DNA of 52,295 bases from a virus (taxonomy: Duplodnaviria > Caudoviricetes). Within the stretch, counting starts at the first letter, position 1, and each line of letters starts with the position of its first letter. The notes under the pieces are model-generated. The model did not search any database and had not been told where the DNA came from. It saw only the letters and a list, made by a program, of their open reading frames with translations. Made by a program: the position numbers and the translations under genes. Of the stretch, positions 48,736-52,295 are shown in pieces. Location: positions 1 to 52,295 of IMG/VR virus record IMGVR_UViG_3300045963_000039, one strand, 5' to 3'.

Positions 48736-50403
48736 CTATGGTTTAGGTAAATTTGGATCAGTTGCTGACCATTGAATCTCATAACTAGCAGGTTGTACTT
48801 GGCTTAATGGGTCTTTAGTTGACCAGTATAGGAAGGAGCTATTAATAACAATAGTTTTACCGTTATTAATAATATACCAACCATTATCAGCACTATTCGG
48901 CATGTGTGCTTCTATTATCCCTATTAATGCATTTAATATTGGATCAGAAGTTGTAGTATTTCCTGTCCAACCTGTACCTAATGTTACTGGATACCATTTT
49001 TTATTAATAATTGGTTTACACTTCGGCAACTTCATCAGCTCATCCATGACCTTTTTAAAGTTAACTACTCCGGTTTTTACTTGGCTATTAGCTATATTAG
49101 TTATATGAGCTACTCTATTTAAAGCTTGATCTGGTAAGTTTTCCAAGAAGTCTTTTTTAAGCGGAGTAGCCGTAGCAGCCATAGCCTTATAGACGTCATC
49201 TCTATTAACCGAAGGGCACTGATCTTTAATTAGCGTACCCATTGCTGCCGAATCACTAGTAGCAGTAGAAGAGCCACCATAATAAGCAGGTTTACTTGTA
49301 ACACCACCGCCATCAGTTACTTTCTGTGCAAGCCCACTCATGTGAACACAGAAGTCGGGCCCGTCTACTCCAGAATCGGATGCTAAGGTAACTGCTCCTA
49401 ATACTGGATTATCAACACACATACCAACTCGTAAGATACTAGGGTTATACTTCTTACCGTGATCAGTAAACCCATTATTGCCCATTGCTTGGAATACTAG
49501 TGTATTATGCTTACTAGCAATAGAAGTCATCATGGCATCTTCTTCTGGCCTATTACCGTTAGCCTTATCTTCTGAGAGTGATACCACTGACTGATCTGTA
49601 TGTGCTGGAAAATTTAACTCCGCATCTACTTGTGTAAGCCCTGCCTCTATATCTCTATCCGCAATATCAGCACCCTCAGATACAGCAACTGGAAATACTT
49701 TAGTCGTCTCATGTGTTAGACTACACACGTTATTATCCATAATATTTCCGTGCTCTTGTATTTCGCTAGGTAGTTTTTCATAAGGCTGTTGATATCCTTT
49801 AGCCTTAGCTGTACCGGTTACTTTACCAGGAAGTAGTTTAGGTGGGCATCCAATTACTCCAAATGGTTCATTCCGTTCCGAATCTACAACGTAAATTTTA
49901 GCTGGTACTCCATCTATACCTTTATGTGGGTAAACTTGTAGGAACTCATTAAGACCTAACCAGGTAGGTTCATCATAAACAGGTATACCAAAAGGCTCTG
50001 ATACTGTCCAGGTACTTTCTGCGGCGTTACCGATAAAAGTTAAACATTTATTATTTAACGTAAGCTTATTGGAAAATCTTTTTAAGATAGTCCTTAGGAA
50101 AACCTGGTATGACACAGCCCCTTTAGGTGTTACCCTATTCTTATACATAGCCATATAAAGAGGGTCAAGCTGAGGAGAGCTAATAACGTAGTCTATGTAG
50201 GTAACACCTAAAGATTTATGGGTTAAGCTAGCCTTATTATACATAGGCCCATCATTTAAAAATACGGAAGTACCCCTAGGCATCGACACTTGAGCCATGA
50301 AGTTTTTGTAAGTACAAGAAGGAGTTTTTGTAACATGAACGCCGAGTATAGGGGCTGCATTTAAACTTGAACAAAACAACATCAATATCAAAAGTTTCTT
50401 CAT
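48736..50403 (-). CDS. Secreted subtilisin-like (S8) serine protease
   Basis: Signal peptide MKKLLILMLFCSSLNA; IYVVDS (Asp), EHGN (His), AMGNNG (oxyanion Asn), GGSSTAT (Ser) in S8 order. Confidence 0.72.
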   Translation of the reverse strand: MKKLLILMLFCSSLNAAPILGVHVTKTPSCTYKNFMAQVSMPRGTSVFLNDGPMYNKASLTHKSLGVTYIDYVISSPQLDPLYMAMYKNRVTPKGAVSYQVFLRTILKRFSNKLTLNNKCLTFIGNAAESTWTVSEPFGIPVYDEPTWLGLNEFLQVYPHKGIDGVPAKIYVVDSERNEPFGVIGCPPKLLPGKVTGTAKAKGYQQPYEKLPSEIQEHGNIMDNNVCSLTHETTKVFPVAVSEGADIADRDIEAGLTQVDAELNFPAHTDQSVVSLSEDKANGNRPEEDAMMTSIASKHNTLVFQAMGNNGFTDHGKKYNPSILRVGMCVDNPVLGAVTLASDSGVDGPDFCVHMSGLAQKVTDGGGVTSKPAYYGGSSTATSDSAAMGTLIKDQCPSVNRDDVYKAMAATATPLKKDFLENLPDQALNRVAHITNIANSQVKTGVVNFKKVMDELMKLPKCKPIINKKWYPVTLGTGWTGNTTTSDPILNALIGIIEAHMPNSADNGWYIINNGKTIVINSSFLYWSTKDPLSQVQPASYEIQWSATDPNLPKP

Positions 50404-50483
50404 TTTAACTCCTATTATTTATAGTGAAAAGGATGCTCTGAATCTCACAGAGCTAGTATTTTTCTAATACCTAAATATACTCA

Positions 50484-50861
50484 TTAGTAATAAATCATGT
50501 TACTAATTCTAATCGGTTTATAGGGTGTATCAAATCTTTTACCTAGTCTTACATGGTTAAAGAATTTACGATTACCTATAGGATTGGCGTGTTTACCAAG
50601 TAAGTACTGATGAGCGATCTTTTTGGCCCTATTAAATGACTCTTCTTCGCTAATCTTTACATGACTTTTAGTCCATGAGAAAGCTTTCTTTTCATATACA
50701 ACTCTACAAATGGTAGTTGGATAGTCCTTATCAACAACTCGATTAAGTGTAATAGCTGCTACTGCGATCTGGCCTTTCAAAGACTCTCCCCTAGACTCAT
50801 GATAGATATTCATCGCTAAGCATAGAAGAGCTGCCTGTAGTATTATCCGTATCCTACCCAA
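50484..50861 (-). CDS. SleB-like cell wall hydrolase (Hydrolase_2)
   Basis: CLA.NIYHESRGE...GQIAVA...LNRV...YP.TIC.VV.....FSW. Confidence 0.9.
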   Translation of the reverse strand: MGRIRIILQAALLCLAMNIYHESRGESLKGQIAVAAITLNRVVDKDYPTTICRVVYEKKAFSWTKSHVKISEEESFNRAKKIAHQYLLGKHANPIGNRKFFNHVRLGKRFDTPYKPIRISNMIYY

Positions 50862-50923
50862 CCTGCTACATCCTGTCTCAGATACTCTTTAGTTTTAATA
50901 GTCATAAAGTTTCCTCTATAGTT

Positions 50924-50948
50924 AAAAAAATACGGTTACGGTTCCGTA
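50924..50948 (-). terminator. Possible terminator
   Basis: tacgg-loop-ccgta then T7 on the minus strand. Confidence 0.45.
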
Positions 50949-50974
50949 GCAATCTAGCCGTTATAACATCTATG

Positions 50975-51388
50975 TTATTTTTCTACCTCCAACTCCCTTA
51001 AAGCTAGTTCAAGAACTGCCAAGGAATTCCAAGCTTTATGTGCCTTATGTAATAATCCTGAATCAGAATCGTAAGGCCCGTCTATCTCATCATAGAACTG
51101 ATGTCGTAGTTCAGCAGAGGTATATCTTCGGATGCCGTTAGGTACATGCAACCAACCATGCTCCGAATACTTCTTAGCTCCGAAGGTTCCTACTTTACCT
51201 ACTTCAATTAAAGCCCTACTAAAATCACCGAGTACCAAACCAAGATCAGGCTTTCCATGATCTAACTTAGCGCCTTTATCTTTACTAGAAAGTCCAGTTG
51301 GATCTGCCTCTTTTATAATAGTAGTATCTTCTCCATCAATATTATTATCTAAATTCTCAGTTACTAGAAATTTATATAGTTTCTGCAT
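50975..51388 (-). CDS. dATP/dGTP diphosphohydrolase domain protein (DUF5664)
   Basis: GAK.D.GKP, V.TFGAKKY...GW, RY..A..RH, D.DSGLLH.AH.AWN.LA. Confidence 0.85.
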   Translation of the reverse strand: MQKLYKFLVTENLDNNIDGEDTTIIKEADPTGLSSKDKGAKLDHGKPDLGLVLGDFSRALIEVGKVGTFGAKKYSEHGWLHVPNGIRRYTSAELRHQFYDEIDGPYDSDSGLLHKAHKAWNSLAVLELALRELEVEK

Positions 51389-51578
51389 TACTATTAACTA
51401 TCTCCTGTTCTTGTCGCTTATATAATAGAATATCGGCTAATAAATCATCTAACTTATTAGCTCTATCATATAAACTAACTATCTCTCTAATTGTATAGAT
51501 TCCAATATCATATCCTGTGTCATCATAGTCTTCTTTTTCAGCATTTAAATCCCCATCACAATCTACATATACAAACAT
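51372..51578 (-). CDS. Hypothetical acidic protein
   Basis: 68 aa; packed in operon. Confidence 0.6.
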   Translation of the reverse strand: MFVYVDCDGDLNAEKEDYDDTGYDIGIYTIREIVSLYDRANKLDDLLADILLYKRQEQEIVNSNAETI

Positions 51579-51579
51579 A

Positions 51580-51954
51580 CTATTTAAAATTAAGCATAGC
51601 TTTAATATCTAAAAGAGTAGACTCTTTAGGAAGATCTGCTTCTTTTACAAAGACTCCATTAATCATTTTACCTTTACGATCTTTAATTTCATTCCATGCT
51701 AACTCTAAACACTTTTCTACAGAAGTATTATGTAATGCTGCATTAATGATAAGAGTTACAACTATATCTCCTATATCATCTTTAATACAAAAGCCACGAG
51801 CAGCATGATTAGCAAACTCTCCAACCTCACTTACACACTTAAGAGCTTGAGTAGCCTTGTGTAATGGAGTAGGATTATCCAATAATCCTCTATCCTTAGC
51901 CCAGAATATTACATTTTCTTCTAGCTCATTAAAACCTTTATTTCCCATTTGCAC
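51580..51954 (-). CDS. MazG-like nucleotide pyrophosphohydrolase
   Basis: WA.DRGL, Q.LK..SE.GE, D.IGD..VTL, CL..AW.EIKDRKG.MING.FVKE. Confidence 0.88.
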   Translation of the reverse strand: MQMGNKGFNELEENVIFWAKDRGLLDNPTPLHKATQALKCVSEVGEFANHAARGFCIKDDIGDIVVTLIINAALHNTSVEKCLELAWNEIKDRKGKMINGVFVKEADLPKESTLLDIKAMLNFK

Positions 51955-52141
51955 TTCTCTTAAGTTTGTTATAGTGGAATTTAGTACATTTATTATTCAG
52001 AGTAAGAGTATGATGGAGAACACTATTCTTCATATCCCTACTAAAAAATCTCTTTTCTTTATGATCATATGATGCCCAAGGGAGTCCTTTAGTCACACCT
52101 TTTGCTAACTTTCTTAATGTCTTACATTTCTTTTGATTCAT
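51938..52141 (-). CDS. Small basic hypothetical protein
   Basis: MNQKKCK.LRK; ATGA coupling. Confidence 0.65.
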   Translation of the reverse strand: MNQKKCKTLRKLAKGVTKGLPWASYDHKEKRFFSRDMKNSVLHHTLTLNNKCTKFHYNKLKRSANGK

Positions 52142-52295
52142 ATAAAAGATCTCAATTGATTCCAGCCTTTAAAATTACTACTACTAAGTACTGCTTCAGG
52201 AAATGCCACATGTTCAAATGGACTTAAGTGCCTTTCAGATTTTAAAGTATCATATAAAGTAATATCCTTATCATAGTCTAATACTTTATCATGAT
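52138..52295 (-). CDS. thyX: FAD-dependent thymidylate synthase, C-terminal part
   Basis: Manual translation: ...DITLYDTL...HLSPFEHVA....SNFKGWNQLRSFI*. Confidence 0.8.
   Translation of the reverse strand, partial: HDKVLDYDKDITLYDTLKSERHLSPFEHVAFPEAVLSSSNFKGWNQLRSFI

Noticed and set aside
48902-52072. + strand ORFs 48902..49108, 51491..51808, 51857..52072 (and 2718..2924)
   Set aside because: Shadows of recognisable minus-strand genes.

Overview
AT-rich lytic tailed-phage (podovirus-like) genome segment with no integrase, tRNA or CRISPR seen. It has four parts. (i) 1-9.3 kb, leftward: many tiny early ORFs, then a phiEco32-like peptide/amide-ligase cluster (gamma-glutamyl cyclotransferase, ATP-grasp, COOH-NH2 ligase, amidoligase, class II glutamine amidotransferase) and a pentapeptide-repeat gene. 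(ii) About 9.0-10.4 kb, non-coding switch region: a tandem array of leftward sigma70 promoters, a hairpin-dense leader, and two rightward ECF/sigmaE-type promoters. (iii) 10.5-44.6 kb, rightward morphogenesis operon: HNH, TerS, fibre-like genes, holin, TerL, portal, GH108 endolysin, scaffold, an N4-gp56-type major capsid gene split by a 903-nt group I intron carrying a decayed HNH endonuclease, tail genes, and a 2163-aa ejection-type protein. (iv) 44.7-52.3 kb, leftward: nrdA, nrdB, a secreted subtilase, a SleB-like hydrolase, a dATP/dGTP diphosphohydrolase, MazG-like, thyX. The strongest novelty candidate is a variant GGDEF nucleotide-cyclase domain, with the guanine-specificity Asp replaced by Asn, embedded together with a zincin motif in the giant putative injected virion protein. 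All family calls come from motif recognition by eye; no searches were run.
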